Shown here: one piece after another, positions 38,744 to 49,779 of the stretch | Position numbering within the stretch: position 1 is the first letter of the stretch | Layout of the letters: every line of letters begins with the position of its first letter | From: Candidatus Niyogibacteria bacterium | Lineage (GTDB): Bacteria; Patescibacteriota; Minisyncoccia; JACROR01 | Direction of reading: 5' to 3' | Length of the DNA stretch: 64,000 bases | Assembly: GCA_016186495.1 (NCBI GenBank) | Contig: JACPLO010000002.1 | Span: 6,857-70,856 of the forward strand | Program-made: the position numbers and the translations under genes | Notes under the pieces: model-generated | What the model was told of the DNA's origin: nothing | Database searches by the model: none | Seen by the model: the letters and a program-made list of their open reading frames with translations, nothing else

Positions 38744-40036
38744 ATGGACTTGGAAAAACTGTCTAAATTTCAAATAGTGCTGTTGACGCTTTTAGTGAGT
38801 TTTATGACTTCACTGGTTACCGGCATTGTGACCGTAACTTTGGTTAATCAGGCGCCGCCGGCGATGACCCAAACTATCCATAAAGTCATTGAAAAAGTCC
38901 CGATCTTAAAAGAAGACAATCGGCCGAAAGAAATTATTGAACGGACGAAAATCATTACCCAGGAGGATTTGATTATCGGATTGGCAAAAGAATATTCAAA
39001 CGCGGTTGTCAGCGTGATTGCCACCAAAGATTTGCCGGTGGTTGAACAATATTTTGTTGATCCTTTTGAAAATGATGATTTTTTCCAGCAATTTATTCCG
39101 CCAGAGCTTCTGCCAAAATTTCAGGTGCCCCGATACCGCCAAAAAGGAACGGAAGAAAAGCAGATTTCCAGCGGCACGGGATTTTTCGTTTCCGCGGACG
39201 GCCTGCTGGTGACCAACCGCCATGTGGTGGAAGATAAGGAAGCGGAATACTCAATCATAATGAATAACGGGCAAAAAATGTCCGTGAAAATTTTAGCAAG
39301 GGATCCTCTTCAGGATGTCGCTGTTTTAAAAGCGGAAGGCGTAAAAGGTTCGGATTTTATTTATATTCCATTGGGAAATTCGGATAATTTAAAAGTAGGG
39401 CAGACCGTGGTGGCGATCGGCAATGCTTTAGGCGAGCTTCAAAATACGGTTTCCGTGGGCGTTATTTCCGGTTTGATGCGGACGGTTATGGCGAGCGGAG
39501 CGTTGGCCGGACCGGAAATTCTCCAGGAAGTGATTCAAACCGACGCGGCCATTAATCCGGGAAATTCCGGCGGCCCGCTTCTTGATTTGGAAGGGAAGGT
39601 GATCGGCGTTAACACGGCGATGGCATACGGCGCACAAAGCGTCGGGTTTGCTTTGCCGGTCAGCATTATTAAAAAAGATATCGCCGATGTTAAAGAATTC
39701 AATAAAATAAAATATCCGTTTTTAGGCGTCCGATATTTGATCGTTAATTCTAAAATTAAAGAAGAAAAGAACTTGTCGGTTGATTACGGCGCGCTTCTCA
39801 TAAAAGATGAAAAAGGCGCGCCGGCCGTGATGGCGGGAAGTCCGGCCGCCGCCGTCGGGCTTAAAGAGGGAGATATTATTTTAGAATTCAATAAAATAAA
39901 AATTGATCAGGAAAATAATCTGGCTAAATTATTAAGCAAACATAAGGTCGGAGAAAAAGTTTCGCTTAAAATTTTACGCGATGGAAAAGAAATAAATATA
40001 GAAATGGAATTAATGGAGAGGCCGGAAAATTTATGA
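38744..40036 (+). CDS. htrA: HtrA/DegP family serine protease
   Basis: TNRHV, TDAAINPGNSGGPL, PDZ domain. Confidence 0.92.
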   Translation: MDLEKLSKFQIVLLTLLVSFMTSLVTGIVTVTLVNQAPPAMTQTIHKVIEKVPILKEDNRPKEIIERTKIITQEDLIIGLAKEYSNAVVSVIATKDLPVVEQYFVDPFENDDFFQQFIPPELLPKFQVPRYRQKGTEEKQISSGTGFFVSADGLLVTNRHVVEDKEAEYSIIMNNGQKMSVKILARDPLQDVAVLKAEGVKGSDFIYIPLGNSDNLKVGQTVVAIGNALGELQNTVSVGVISGLMRTVMASGALAGPEILQEVIQTDAAINPGNSGGPLLDLEGKVIGVNTAMAYGAQSVGFALPVSIIKKDIADVKEFNKIKYPFLGVRYLIVNSKIKEEKNLSVDYGALLIKDEKGAPAVMAGSPAAAVGLKEGDIILEFNKIKIDQENNLAKLLSKHKVGEKVSLKILRDGKEINIEMELMERPENL

Positions 40037-40058
40037 TTTAATAAATTTATTATAGAGT

Positions 40059-42749
40059 ATGCTGCCATTTTCAAATTTTACCATTAAAGCTCAAGAAGCG
40101 ATTCGCCGGGCTCACGAGCTGGCGATTGAAAGGGGGCAAAATCAGATTGACGCGCCCCATCTTTTAGCTGCCTTGTTTCTTCAGGAAGAGAGCATTGTTA
40201 TTTCTCTTTTAGAAAAAATGGAAATTGATATTGACGCTTTGTTAGACGATGTTTTAGCGGAAATTGAGGACAATTCAAAAATGGCGGTTCCGCTCGTTTC
40301 GCCGCAAGTTTATTTGAGCCAGGATTTGGGGCGCGTGATTGAAGCGGCGCAGAGAACGGCTGCGGCAATGAAAGATCAGTTTATTTCAACGGAGCATCTT
40401 TTTATCGGTATTTTGGAAACGCCTTTAAAAATCAGCGGCCTTTTAAGCCGTTATAACATCAAGCGGGAAGAAGTCATGAGAATACTTTCCGATTTAAAAG
40501 GCGCCCAGCGAGTGACCGATGTTGAACCGGAAACAAAATACCGTTCTTTAAAGAAATATACCCGCGATCTGACGGAAATGGCGAGAAAAGATCAGTTTGA
40601 TCCGGTCATCGGCCGAGATGAAGAAATTCGCCGTTTGATGCAGGTTTTGAGCCGCCGCACCAAAAATAATCCGGTTTTAATCGGCGAAGCGGGAGTGGGG
40701 AAAACAGCGATTGTTGAAGGTCTGGCTCAACGCCTGGCTTGCGGCGAAGTGCCGGAATCTTTGAAAGATAAAGAACTCATCGCTTTGGATATGGGATCGC
40801 TTATCGCCGGCACTAAATATCGGGGCGAATTTGAAGAGCGGCTTAAAGCGGTAATGCGCGAAATAAAAAAATCCGAAGGGAAAATTATTCTTTTTATAGA
40901 TGAACTTCATACTTTAGTGGGAGCGGGAGCGGCGGAAGGCGCGATGGACGCTTCTAATTTGTTAAAGCCGGCTTTGTCGCGCGGAGAATTGCGGACAGTC
41001 GGCGCCACCACTTTAAAGGAATATCAGCGCCACATTGAAAAGGATCCGGCTCTGGCTCGGCGATTCCAGCCGGTTTACGTGGATGAACCAGGAATAGAAG
41101 ATACGATTGCCATTTTGCGGGGCATTAAAGAAAAATACGAACTTCATCACGGCGTGCATATAAAAGACGATGCTTTGCAATCCGCGGTTTATCTTTCCAG
41201 CCGTTATATTGCCGATAGATTTTTGCCGGATAAAGCCATTGATTTGATGGATGAAGCGGCTTCCGCCCTTCGTTTGGAGCTGGAAAGCATGCCGGAAGAA
41301 TTAGAAACAACGGGGAATGAGATTCGGCGCCTGGAAATAGAAAAAGAGGCCTTGAAAAAAGAAAAAGGCGTGAAAAACTCGGCAAAAATAAAAAAAGTCC
41401 AGAAAAACATTGATGATCTTAAAGAAAAAATTTCCGGATTGGAACTCAAATGGAAAAATGAAAAACAAGCCATTGGTTTTATCCGCCAGTATAAAAAAGA
41501 TTTGGATGAATTGCGTTTGGAAGCGGAAAACGCCGAGCGTAAAGCGGACTTGGCGCGGGTGGCGGAAATCCGCTACGGCCGAATACCCGAATTAACCAAA
41601 AAACTTCGCGCCGAAGAAACACGGCTTAAGAAATTTCAATCTTCCCACCGCATTCTGAAAGAAGATATTACCGAAGAAGACATCGCGGAGGTGGTTTCGC
41701 GCTGGACCGGCATCCCGATTAAAGGGCTTTTAGAAGAAGAGTCGCAAAAATTATTGCGGATGGAAGAAGATTTGGCAAAACGGGTGGTGGGGCAGAATGA
41801 AGCTCTAAAAAAAATCGCCAATGCGGTCCGGCGTTCGCGCGCCGGCATTTCCGAAGAAGACCGGCCAATCGGTTCATTTATATTTTTAGGCCCGACGGGC
41901 GTGGGAAAAACCGAATTAGCCCGCACTTTAGCTGAATTTCTTTTTAATGACGAAAAAGCGCTTATTCGCGTGGATATGTCGGAATATATGGAAAAACACG
42001 CAATTTCAAAATTTATCGGTTCGCCGCCAGGTTATGTCGGATACGAAGAAGGAGGCCAGCTGACCGAGCTTATCCGTCATCGGCCTTATTCAGTCGTGCT
42101 TTTTGACGAAATTGAAAAAGCTCATCCGGAAGTTTTCAATATAATGCTTCAAATTTTAGATAACGGCCGGTTAACTGATGCCAAAGGCCGGCACGTTAAT
42201 TTTAAAAATACCGTTATTATTATGACTTCCAATATCGGTTCTGAATTTGTCAGGGAAATGGAGACTTTAGGTTTTGAAACGGAAATTAAAGACGTTAACC
42301 GGAAAAGCGATGATTTGAAAGAAAAAATAAAAAAAGCGCTGGAAAAAAAATTCCGGCCGGAATTTTTAAATCGTTTGGATGAAATTATTGTTTTTAATTC
42401 TTTAAGTGAAGATAATTTGGCGACTATTGTCGGCATTCAGCTTGATCGGGTGCGCAAACGGCTGGCTAGAAAAAACGTTTTTTTAAAAATTTCAAAAGAA
42501 GCGAGCGCGCTTTTGGCAAAACAGGGATATGACCCTCATTATGGCGCGCGTCCCCTTAAACGGCTGATTCAAAATAAAATTTTAAATCCTTTATCCGAGA
42601 AAATAGTGGCTGGAGAGATTAAAGCGGGTGATAAAGCGCATATTACCGTTGAAAACGGCGAATTAGCGATTGAATCAAGCGGCCGGAAGAACCAAATGGA
42701 AATGCCTTTATTAAGGCCGGCAAAAATTAAAACAGCGAAAACAGGATGA
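40059..42749 (+). CDS. clpB: ATP-dependent chaperone ClpB
   Basis: Two AAA modules ([16 protein letters not shown]) and long M-domain (AEIRYGRIP). Confidence 0.92.
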   Translation: MLPFSNFTIKAQEAIRRAHELAIERGQNQIDAPHLLAALFLQEESIVISLLEKMEIDIDALLDDVLAEIEDNSKMAVPLVSPQVYLSQDLGRVIEAAQRTAAAMKDQFISTEHLFIGILETPLKISGLLSRYNIKREEVMRILSDLKGAQRVTDVEPETKYRSLKKYTRDLTEMARKDQFDPVIGRDEEIRRLMQVLSRRTKNNPVLIGEAGVGKTAIVEGLAQRLACGEVPESLKDKELIALDMGSLIAGTKYRGEFEERLKAVMREIKKSEGKIILFIDELHTLVGAGAAEGAMDASNLLKPALSRGELRTVGATTLKEYQRHIEKDPALARRFQPVYVDEPGIEDTIAILRGIKEKYELHHGVHIKDDALQSAVYLSSRYIADRFLPDKAIDLMDEAASALRLELESMPEELETTGNEIRRLEIEKEALKKEKGVKNSAKIKKVQKNIDDLKEKISGLELKWKNEKQAIGFIRQYKKDLDELRLEAENAERKADLARVAEIRYGRIPELTKKLRAEETRLKKFQSSHRILKEDITEEDIAEVVSRWTGIPIKGLLEEESQKLLRMEEDLAKRVVGQNEALKKIANAVRRSRAGISEEDRPIGSFIFLGPTGVGKTELARTLAEFLFNDEKALIRVDMSEYMEKHAISKFIGSPPGYVGYEEGGQLTELIRHRPYSVVLFDEIEKAHPEVFNIMLQILDNGRLTDAKGRHVNFKNTVIIMTSNIGSEFVREMETLGFETEIKDVNRKSDDLKEKIKKALEKKFRPEFLNRLDEIIVFNSLSEDNLATIVGIQLDRVRKRLARKNVFLKISKEASALLAKQGYDPHYGARPLKRLIQNKILNPLSEKIVAGEIKAGDKAHITVENGELAIESSGRKNQMEMPLLRPAKIKTAKTG

Positions 42750-42756
42750 TTAAGCG

Positions 42757-43458
42757 ATGGAAAATTATCAAGTTAAAATTAAACAGTTTGAAGGGCCATT
42801 TAATCTTTTATTGGATTTGATTGAAGAGCGGAAACTTTCCATCAATGAGATTTCTCTGGCGGAAGTTTCCAGCCAATATCTCGATTATCTTAGAAAACTT
42901 CCTCAATTGCCGCGCGCCGAAGCCGCTTCTTTTTTAGTTGTGGCCGCGGCTTTAATTTTAATAAAATCAAAATCGCTGCTTCCTTCTTTTGAGCTGACCG
43001 GGGAAGAAGAAGAATCCATTGAAGATTTAAAAAAACGGCTTGAACTTTACAAAAAAATGCGGCAGTTTTCATTTTATATTAATTCTTTATACGGCAAAAA
43101 AATAGTTTATAAACGTGAAGCTTTTTTGGGCGTCAAACTTGGTTTTATTGAACCGAAAGGAATCAAGATAAGCGCGCTTTGCGCGGCTCTTAAAAATTTA
43201 ATGAGAACTTTTCCGGCAAAAGAAATAATTCCAGAGAAAATAATTGAAAAAGTGGTAAAACTGGAGGATAAAATAGATGAACTGCGCCGGCGGATGGAAA
43301 AAATGATAAAAACTTCTTTTCGGGAGTTTGCCGGTTTTGAAGATAAAACCGGTTTGGTGGTCAGTTTTTTAGCGATGCTCGAGCTGGTAAAATTAGGAGC
43401 AGTTGCGGTTATTCAAAAAGAGCATTTTGGCGATATTGAAATCAGCAAATCATTTTAA
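42757..43458 (+). CDS. scpA: Segregation/condensation protein A
   Basis: FEGPFNLLLDLI, IKSKSLLP, FLAMLELVK. Confidence 0.92.
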   Translation: MENYQVKIKQFEGPFNLLLDLIEERKLSINEISLAEVSSQYLDYLRKLPQLPRAEAASFLVVAAALILIKSKSLLPSFELTGEEEESIEDLKKRLELYKKMRQFSFYINSLYGKKIVYKREAFLGVKLGFIEPKGIKISALCAALKNLMRTFPAKEIIPEKIIEKVVKLEDKIDELRRRMEKMIKTSFREFAGFEDKTGLVVSFLAMLELVKLGAVAVIQKEHFGDIEISKSF

Positions 43459-43466
43459 ATAATGAA

Positions 43467-43588
43467 TCCCGTTAGAGATTAAAACCTTTATTTTTTAACG
43501 GAATTTAAAAATAACATCAATGAAAATAATTAGAATTACAAGAATAATTCACGGAAATGATTTTAATCATTTCCTATCTCTAACGGGA
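43467..43588. mobile_element. Family A element, 122 bp (123-bp subfamily), flanked by TGAA, at scpB start
   Basis: TGAA tcccgttagagat ... atctctaacggga TGAA; interior similar to 28736-28858. Confidence 0.93.
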
Positions 43589-44217
43589 TGAATTTATCCA
43601 ACATTATAGAATCAATTTTGTTTATTTACGGCGAGCCGATGAAAATATCGCGGCTGGCTGAAATTTTAAACAAAAAAGAAAACGAAGTGGAAGAGGCTTT
43701 GGCGGTTTTGGAAAATAATTTAGCGGAACGGGGATTAAAATTAATTAAAAACAACGGCGAAGCAACGCTGGCCACTGTTTCCGAAGCTTCCGAATTTATC
43801 CAAGGGCTTTTAAAAGAAGAATTCAGCGGTAAATTAACCAAAGCGGCTTTAGAAACTTTGGCGATTGTCGCATATTCAGGCCCTTTGCCGCGCGCGGAAA
43901 TTGATTTTATCAGGGGAGTAAATTCTTCTTTCATTTTGCGGAATTTGCTGATCAGCGGGCTGGTGGAAAGGGAAATTAATCCTAAAGACCGGAGAACTTT
44001 TATTTATAAGCCGTCAATGGATTTTTTGCGGTTTTTAGGCCTTAGTAAATTAGAAGATTTGCCGGAATACGGCGAATTTCGGAAAAGTTTGGAAGATTTT
44101 TCGTCCCTCACGCTTAATTTAAACGTGAGGGGCGAAGAAGAAATAAATCCCGTTAGAAGCCGTGATCGCTTTATGAAACAGCCGCAATCTAATGAAAATC
44201 AAAATTCATCAGAATAA
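43588..44217 (+). CDS. scpB: Segregation/condensation protein B
   Basis: ALETLAIVAY, IRGVNS, FGL-type LGLSKLEDLP; tail extended by repeats. Confidence 0.92.
   Translation: MNLSNIIESILFIYGEPMKISRLAEILNKKENEVEEALAVLENNLAERGLKLIKNNGEATLATVSEASEFIQGLLKEEFSGKLTKAALETLAIVAYSGPLPRAEIDFIRGVNSSFILRNLLISGLVEREINPKDRRTFIYKPSMDFLRFLGLSKLEDLPEYGEFRKSLEDFSSLTLNLNVRGEEEINPVRSRDRFMKQPQSNENQNSSE
44100..44136. repeat. Palindrome inside scpB tail
   Basis: ttcgtccctcacg ... cgtgaggggcgaa, 13-bp arms with one G.T. Confidence 0.65.
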
Positions 44218-44264
44218 AATTAAATTTCTATCAGATCGCCGATCACAATCTGCTTCTAACGGGA
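44148..44264. mobile_element. Family A element, 117 bp, flanked by TAAA
   Basis: TAAA tcccgttagaagc ... gcttctaacggga TAAA; inner gtgatcg/cgatcac. Confidence 0.92.
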
Positions 44265-44279
44265 TAAATAATAAAGAAA

Positions 44280-45200
44280 ATGTTTAAAATTAAAGGTTTA
44301 ATTTCATTTCCGCTGATTTTCAGTTTTTTGTTTTTAGTTTTTATCTGGAATATTTCTTTGCCCGAAAATTTTCAGGAAGCGGCCGTGGCGGTTGACGGTT
44401 TTGCAAAATCAGGAACGGAATTTTCCGAGTTGATTGCTGAAACTAACATTGAAGGCCAGAGTTATCTTGTTTTTGATTTTTTCGGGAGAATTATTGCTTC
44501 CCGTAAAAGTGATTTACAGTGGCCGTTGGCCAGTTTAACAAAATTGATGACCGCTCTTTTAACCGAAGAAAATATCGGAAAAGAGGCGGTTATTTCCGTT
44601 TCCCGCCGGGCGATTTCAGCGGAAGGCGATGACGGTTTTTTAGCGGAAGAAATTTTCCGGCGCGATGATTTGCGCGACGCCATGCTGATCCATTCTTCCA
44701 ACGATGCCGCTTACGCGCTGGCCGAACATTTTGGCTGGGATGAATTTATAAAATTAATGAATCAAAAAGCGGCGTTTCTCGGCATGGCCCAAACATTTTT
44801 TTTCGATCCGGCCGGTCTTGATTTTTCCAAAACCAGCGCTGGCGCTTACGGTTCAGCCGGAGATTTGATGATTTTACTGGGATATTTAATGGAAAATCAT
44901 CCTCAAGTTTTAGAAGCAACGCGCTTGCCGTTTTTGAAAATTGAATCTTTGGAAGGAAATAAGCATCGTTTTACCAATACTAACCGGCTAATTTACGAAA
45001 TTCCGCAGTTTTTGGCCGGAAAGACCGGTTTTACCGACATTGCCGGCGGTAATTTGGCGGTGGTGGCGGATATCGGCATTAATCAGCCGGTGGGGATAAT
45101 TATTTTAGGGTCTTCGGAGAAAGGAAGATTTGAAGATGTGTTAAAATTATATCAGGCAACCAGAAAGTGGTTTCAAAATCATCCCTTACTCTTCAAATAA
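44280..45200 (+). CDS. D-alanyl-D-alanine carboxypeptidase (peptidase S11)
   Basis: ASLTKLMT, SSNDAA, GKTGFT. Confidence 0.9.
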   Translation: MFKIKGLISFPLIFSFLFLVFIWNISLPENFQEAAVAVDGFAKSGTEFSELIAETNIEGQSYLVFDFFGRIIASRKSDLQWPLASLTKLMTALLTEENIGKEAVISVSRRAISAEGDDGFLAEEIFRRDDLRDAMLIHSSNDAAYALAEHFGWDEFIKLMNQKAAFLGMAQTFFFDPAGLDFSKTSAGAYGSAGDLMILLGYLMENHPQVLEATRLPFLKIESLEGNKHRFTNTNRLIYEIPQFLAGKTGFTDIAGGNLAVVADIGINQPVGIIILGSSEKGRFEDVLKLYQATRKWFQNHPLLFK

Positions 45201-45214
45201 TTGAAGGGTGAGGG

Positions 45215-46288
45215 ATGATCTTAAATGTTCTGAAAATTTTCGGGCTTTCATCTTTAGCATTTTTTATCGGCATTTTTCTTACGCCGCTTTTAACGCATTA
45301 TCTTTATAAATACAAAATGTGGAAAAAGAAGAGTGGGAAAAAAATCGCGTTAGGAGGAGGAGAAACGACGATTTTTAATGAACTGCATAAAGAAAGAGAT
45401 ACGGGCACGCCGCGGATGGGCGGAATCATAATTTGGGCAAGTGTTTTACTGACCATTATTATATTTTGGTTGATTTTTCAGTTTTTTCCGTCTGAACTTA
45501 CGAAAAAACTTAATTTTTTAAGCCGAGAACAGACTTGGCTTTTATTGTTTACGCTCGTGTTCGCTTCCGTGGTCGGCTTGATTGAGGATTTTTTAATTGT
45601 TTTTGGCCGAGGGTATAAGAGAGATTCAGGCCTGGAATTAAAAACAAGAATTTTTATCGTGCTTTTGATCGGTTTGATCGGCGCCTGGTGGTTTTTTACA
45701 AAGCTTGAAGTGTCAAGCATTATGATCCCTTTTTTGGGGCAACTGGAGCTGGGCTGGTTTTTTATTCCGTTTTTTATGTTGGTGATGCTTGCTTTGTTTT
45801 CAGGGGGCGTTATTGACGGCTTGGATGGATTGTCCGGAGGCGTAATGGCGGCTATATTTTCATCTTACGCCGGCATTGCTTTTTTTCAGAATCAAATAGA
45901 CACCGCCGCGTTTTGCGCTGTTGTTGTCGGAGGAATCCTCGCTTTTTTATGGTTTAATATCCCCCCCGCCCGTTTTTATATGTCTGAAACCGGAATACTG
46001 GGGTTGACCACAACCTTGGCGGTTGTCGCTTTTTTGACCGGCCAGGTAATTATTTTGCCGATTATCGCTTTTCCGCTTTTTATAACAACTGCTTCTAATA
46101 TCATTCAGATTTTGTCTAAAAAATTTAGAAGCGGCAAAAAAGTATTTTTGGTGGCGCCTCTTCACCATCATTTTGAAGCCAAGGGCTGGCCGCCTTATAA
46201 AGTAACGATGCGTTTTTGGATTGTCAGCGTAGTCTTCGCGATTTTAGGAATAGTCGTCGCTTTAATCGGAAAAGTGCCTCCACGCTAA
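45215..46288 (+). CDS. mraY: Phospho-N-acetylmuramoyl-pentapeptide transferase
   Basis: GTPRMGG, DGLDGL, APLHHHFE. Confidence 0.93.
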   Translation: MILNVLKIFGLSSLAFFIGIFLTPLLTHYLYKYKMWKKKSGKKIALGGGETTIFNELHKERDTGTPRMGGIIIWASVLLTIIIFWLIFQFFPSELTKKLNFLSREQTWLLLFTLVFASVVGLIEDFLIVFGRGYKRDSGLELKTRIFIVLLIGLIGAWWFFTKLEVSSIMIPFLGQLELGWFFIPFFMLVMLALFSGGVIDGLDGLSGGVMAAIFSSYAGIAFFQNQIDTAAFCAVVVGGILAFLWFNIPPARFYMSETGILGLTTTLAVVAFLTGQVIILPIIAFPLFITTASNIIQILSKKFRSGKKVFLVAPLHHHFEAKGWPPYKVTMRFWIVSVVFAILGIVVALIGKVPPR

Positions 46289-46315
46289 TTAAGTCATTGT
46301 TCGCTAGTGCGGGAA

Positions 46316-47371
46316 TTATAACTCTATTTTAGAAAGCGCGCCGCCATCCAAAACATAGACGGTTTTTTGAGAAGGGCGGACGGCAAAAGTCGGATTTTTG
46401 CCTTTGTAAATCGGCTGCATATTGCGATTGCCGCGGCCGTCAATTTCTAAGGCAAAAATGCCGTTTTCCGCGGCAAAAATAATAACATCTTCTCTTAAAG
46501 GAAAGAAATCAATATTTTTGATGGGAGAACGGGTTTTGATAATCATTTCTTTTTCCGCCGACAAATAATAAGGAAGAGGGAGATTTTTTTCCAGCCATTC
46601 GGTCCAGATTTCATTGTCTTTTTCCAACCAGATTTTTAATTTTTTATGCTTGTCAAATCTGATAAATTGGCGCGCCTGATCCTCGCCTTCATTTTCGGTT
46701 AGAAGATATTCGGGAGCTGGCGCGGGAAAAGCGCGAACCGTTTTGTTTTCAAAATCAAATTCGGTTTTTAAAAAAGAACGATCGGAAAAAGAAAGCAAAG
46801 CCGTTTGATTTTCCGGCCAATAAACATCGCCTATTTTTTTAAAAGAAGAAAAGATTTTATTTATTGAGATTGAGGCGTTTGTCATAAATTCTTCGGAAGC
46901 CGGAAGATAAAAAACTATTTTTCTCATTTCGTTTTTTAATTCTTCCAGGATTAATATTTCATCAAAAGGTGAAGCAAAAACGGAGATAAAAGGTCCTCGC
47001 GCCAGAGTTTTTCCCTCCGGCGAACGGGGAATTAGGAAAGCGCGGGCTTCCGTTACCAATTGAGGATTTATTTTCAGATTTTTTTGCCAAGGCCAATAGT
47101 TTTCTTTAGCCACCAGAGCGGAATAAACATCGGGTTTTAGATTTTGGATGAAGACTCCGCCTTGCAAAAGATTTGTTTGTTTTTCCAGGTTGTTGTCAAT
47201 AAATATCTCTGAACTGGAAAGAGGAGAATAAATATAAATTCCTCCGGTTTTGGCTAAAGACCAATTATTCGCCAAGCGATAGCCGGCGGTATACAAAAGA
47301 ACAAGCGGCGTGATAATAAAAAAAACCGCGATTGAAAGAAAAAGTAATTTTCGCCGATATTTAAGAGTCAT
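46316..47371 (-). CDS. PEGA-like domain membrane-anchored protein
   Basis: TM, AGYR, TGGIYIYSP, KENYWPWQKNL, EIDGR. Confidence 0.7.
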   Translation of the reverse strand: MTLKYRRKLLFLSIAVFFIITPLVLLYTAGYRLANNWSLAKTGGIYIYSPLSSSEIFIDNNLEKQTNLLQGGVFIQNLKPDVYSALVAKENYWPWQKNLKINPQLVTEARAFLIPRSPEGKTLARGPFISVFASPFDEILILEELKNEMRKIVFYLPASEEFMTNASISINKIFSSFKKIGDVYWPENQTALLSFSDRSFLKTEFDFENKTVRAFPAPAPEYLLTENEGEDQARQFIRFDKHKKLKIWLEKDNEIWTEWLEKNLPLPYYLSAEKEMIIKTRSPIKNIDFFPLREDVIIFAAENGIFALEIDGRGNRNMQPIYKGKNPTFAVRPSQKTVYVLDGGALSKIEL

Positions 47372-47435
47372 TAATAATCATTATATCTTCTGCTTTTTCC
47401 TTGTAAAGCGCCGGAAAATAGGATAAAATTTCGGC

Positions 47436-48716
47436 GTGAGGCGATTGAACGAAGAAAAATTCATTATTAAAGGATCGGCTGGAAGGCTCAAAGGAATTAT
47501 TCCGGTCAGAGGTTCAAAAAATGCCTGTTTGAAGGCGATGGCTGCCGCGGTTTTAACCGATAAGCCGATAACAATTAAGAATGTTCCTTTAATTGAAGAT
47601 GTTTTTAGAATGCGGGAGCTTTTGGAATTTTTAGGCGCCGAAGTTAAAGAAACAGGCCGGCGTTCTTTTTTAATTTCAGCGGAAAATATAAAAAAATCCT
47701 GTCTTGATTTTGAGATCGCTAAATCTTTTAGGGCGTCTGTGGTGCTGACCGGACCTCTTTTAGCCCGTTTGGGGACTGTTTCTTTTCCTTTCCCCGGCGG
47801 CTGCGTGATCGGCAAGCGGCCGATCGATATGTTTCTTAATGGTTTTGAAAAAATGGGAGCCAAGGTTTTTACAAATGGAAAAGGAAATAATTTTACGATT
47901 AAAGCCAAGGTATTGAAAGGCGCGGAAATTTTTTTTCGGATAGTCAGCGTAACCGGCACGGAGACTTTAATGATGGCGGCAACATTGGCGCGAGGGCGCA
48001 CTGTTTTGCGCAATGCCGCTCAAGAACCGGAGATCATAAATTTAGCTGATTTTTTAAACAGTTGCGGAGCGCGAATTAAAGGCGCCGGCACCAGTACCAT
48101 CGTCATCAACGGCGTAAAAAAGCTCGGCCCCGGAGTTTTTAATACGCCGCCTGATCGGATTGAAACCGGAAGTTTTTTGATTTTAGGAGCGCTTTCAGGG
48201 GATAAATTACGCGTGATTCATTGCAATCCTCTTCATATTTTAAGTCTGATTGAATATTTGGAATCAATGGGCGTTAGTTTAAAAAAAGGAAAGGATTGGG
48301 TGGAAATAAGCCGGCCGAAATTTTTCAAGCCAGTGAACATAAAGACCAGCGAGTATCCCGGTTTTCCTACCGATCTTCAAGCGCCATTTTCCGTTTTATT
48401 GACCCAAGCTAAGGGAACAAGTTCGTTGTTTGAAACGGTTTATGACGGCCGTTTGAATTATATCAATGATTTAGTTAGAATGGGCGCGAATATTATTTTA
48501 TGCGACGCGCATCGGGCGATATTCCACGGGAAAACTTATTTAAAGGGCAGGGAAGTGGAAGCCCCGGATCTTCGGGCCGGCCTGACTTTTATTTTAGCCG
48601 CTTTGATTGCCAAAGGAAAATCTATCATTCATAATGTTTATAATATAGATCGGGGATATGAAAAAATAGAAGAAAGGCTGTGGGACGCGGGGGCGGCCAT
48701 CAAAAGAATTATTTGA
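47436..48716 (+). CDS. murA: UDP-N-acetylglucosamine 1-carboxyvinyltransferase
   Basis: GSKNA, PGGCVIGKRP, PGFPTDLQ, DLRAG, DRGYE. Confidence 0.95.
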   Translation: MRRLNEEKFIIKGSAGRLKGIIPVRGSKNACLKAMAAAVLTDKPITIKNVPLIEDVFRMRELLEFLGAEVKETGRRSFLISAENIKKSCLDFEIAKSFRASVVLTGPLLARLGTVSFPFPGGCVIGKRPIDMFLNGFEKMGAKVFTNGKGNNFTIKAKVLKGAEIFFRIVSVTGTETLMMAATLARGRTVLRNAAQEPEIINLADFLNSCGARIKGAGTSTIVINGVKKLGPGVFNTPPDRIETGSFLILGALSGDKLRVIHCNPLHILSLIEYLESMGVSLKKGKDWVEISRPKFFKPVNIKTSEYPGFPTDLQAPFSVLLTQAKGTSSLFETVYDGRLNYINDLVRMGANIILCDAHRAIFHGKTYLKGREVEAPDLRAGLTFILAALIAKGKSIIHNVYNIDRGYEKIEERLWDAGAAIKRII

Positions 48717-48748
48717 CTTTTACTTTTTGATTTCTGAATTTTTTTATT

Positions 48749-49762
48749 ATGTCTATTTTTGTTAAAAAATTAGGGATAGATTTGGGTACGGCCAATACTT
48801 TGGTTTTCGTGCCCGGCCGGGGAGTGATTTTGAATGAACCGTCAGTGGTGGCGGTTTCGGTTCCGGATAATAAAGTAATCGCCGTGGGGAATGAAGCGCG
48901 CGTGATGATCGGCAAAACGCCGGACGACATCGTGGCTTATCGTCCGATGAAAGACGGAGCAATCGCCGATTATCGGGTAACCGAAGCCATGCTTCGTTAT
49001 TTTATCGGCAAAGCTCTTCCCAAGTGGAATATTTTTAGGCCGGAAGTGATGGTTTCCGTGCCGGCCGGCGTTAATTCCACTCAGACAAGATCGGTGATGG
49101 AAGCGGCGATGAAAGCGGGAGCGCGCGCCGCTTACGTTATTAAAGAGCCGATTTTAGCGGCGATCGGCGCCAACATTCCCATTCATGAGCCGACCGGACA
49201 TATGATTGTTGATATCGGAGGAGGAACTACGGATGTGGCGGTTATTTCTTTAGGCGGAATTGTGGTTTCTACTTCCGTAAAAATGGCAGGCAATAAAATT
49301 GACCAAGCAATCATTGATTATGCCAAGAAAGCGTTTAATTTGGCGATTGGCGACCGAACCGCCGAAGACATTAAAATTACGATTGGTTCGGCTTTAGCTT
49401 TAGGCGAAGATTTGGCTTATCAAGTCAAAGGGAGAGATTTTCTGACCGGCCTGCCCCGTTCCACGGAAATAAAAACTTTTGAAATCGTAAAGGCGATTGA
49501 ATCTGAACTTCAAGAAATTATCAAAGCGATTAAGGCGGTTCTTCAGGATACTCCGCCGGAACTTGCTTCGGATATCATTGATAAAGGAATTACGATGAGC
49601 GGCGGTTCTTCGCTTTTAAGGAATTTAGACGAATTAATCCATCGGGCGACCGGCATTAAAGCGTATTTAGCCGAAGATCCTCTGCTTTGCGTGGCCCGCG
49701 GCACGGGCATTGCTTTGGAACATTTGGATATTTATAAAAAAAGCGTCATTACTAAAAAATAA
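48749..49762 (+). CDS. mreB: Rod shape-determining protein MreB paralogue
   Basis: IDLGTANT, EPSVVA, DIGGGTTDV. Confidence 0.9.
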   Translation: MSIFVKKLGIDLGTANTLVFVPGRGVILNEPSVVAVSVPDNKVIAVGNEARVMIGKTPDDIVAYRPMKDGAIADYRVTEAMLRYFIGKALPKWNIFRPEVMVSVPAGVNSTQTRSVMEAAMKAGARAAYVIKEPILAAIGANIPIHEPTGHMIVDIGGGTTDVAVISLGGIVVSTSVKMAGNKIDQAIIDYAKKAFNLAIGDRTAEDIKITIGSALALGEDLAYQVKGRDFLTGLPRSTEIKTFEIVKAIESELQEIIKAIKAVLQDTPPELASDIIDKGITMSGGSSLLRNLDELIHRATGIKAYLAEDPLLCVARGTGIALEHLDIYKKSVITKK

Positions 49763-49779
49763 TAATTGCCGCAAAAATA

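Noticed and set aside
47381-48013. 210-aa minus-strand ORF and the many other short antisense ORFs in the track
   Set aside because: Shadows of well-supported + strand genes such as murA, with no motifs of their own.
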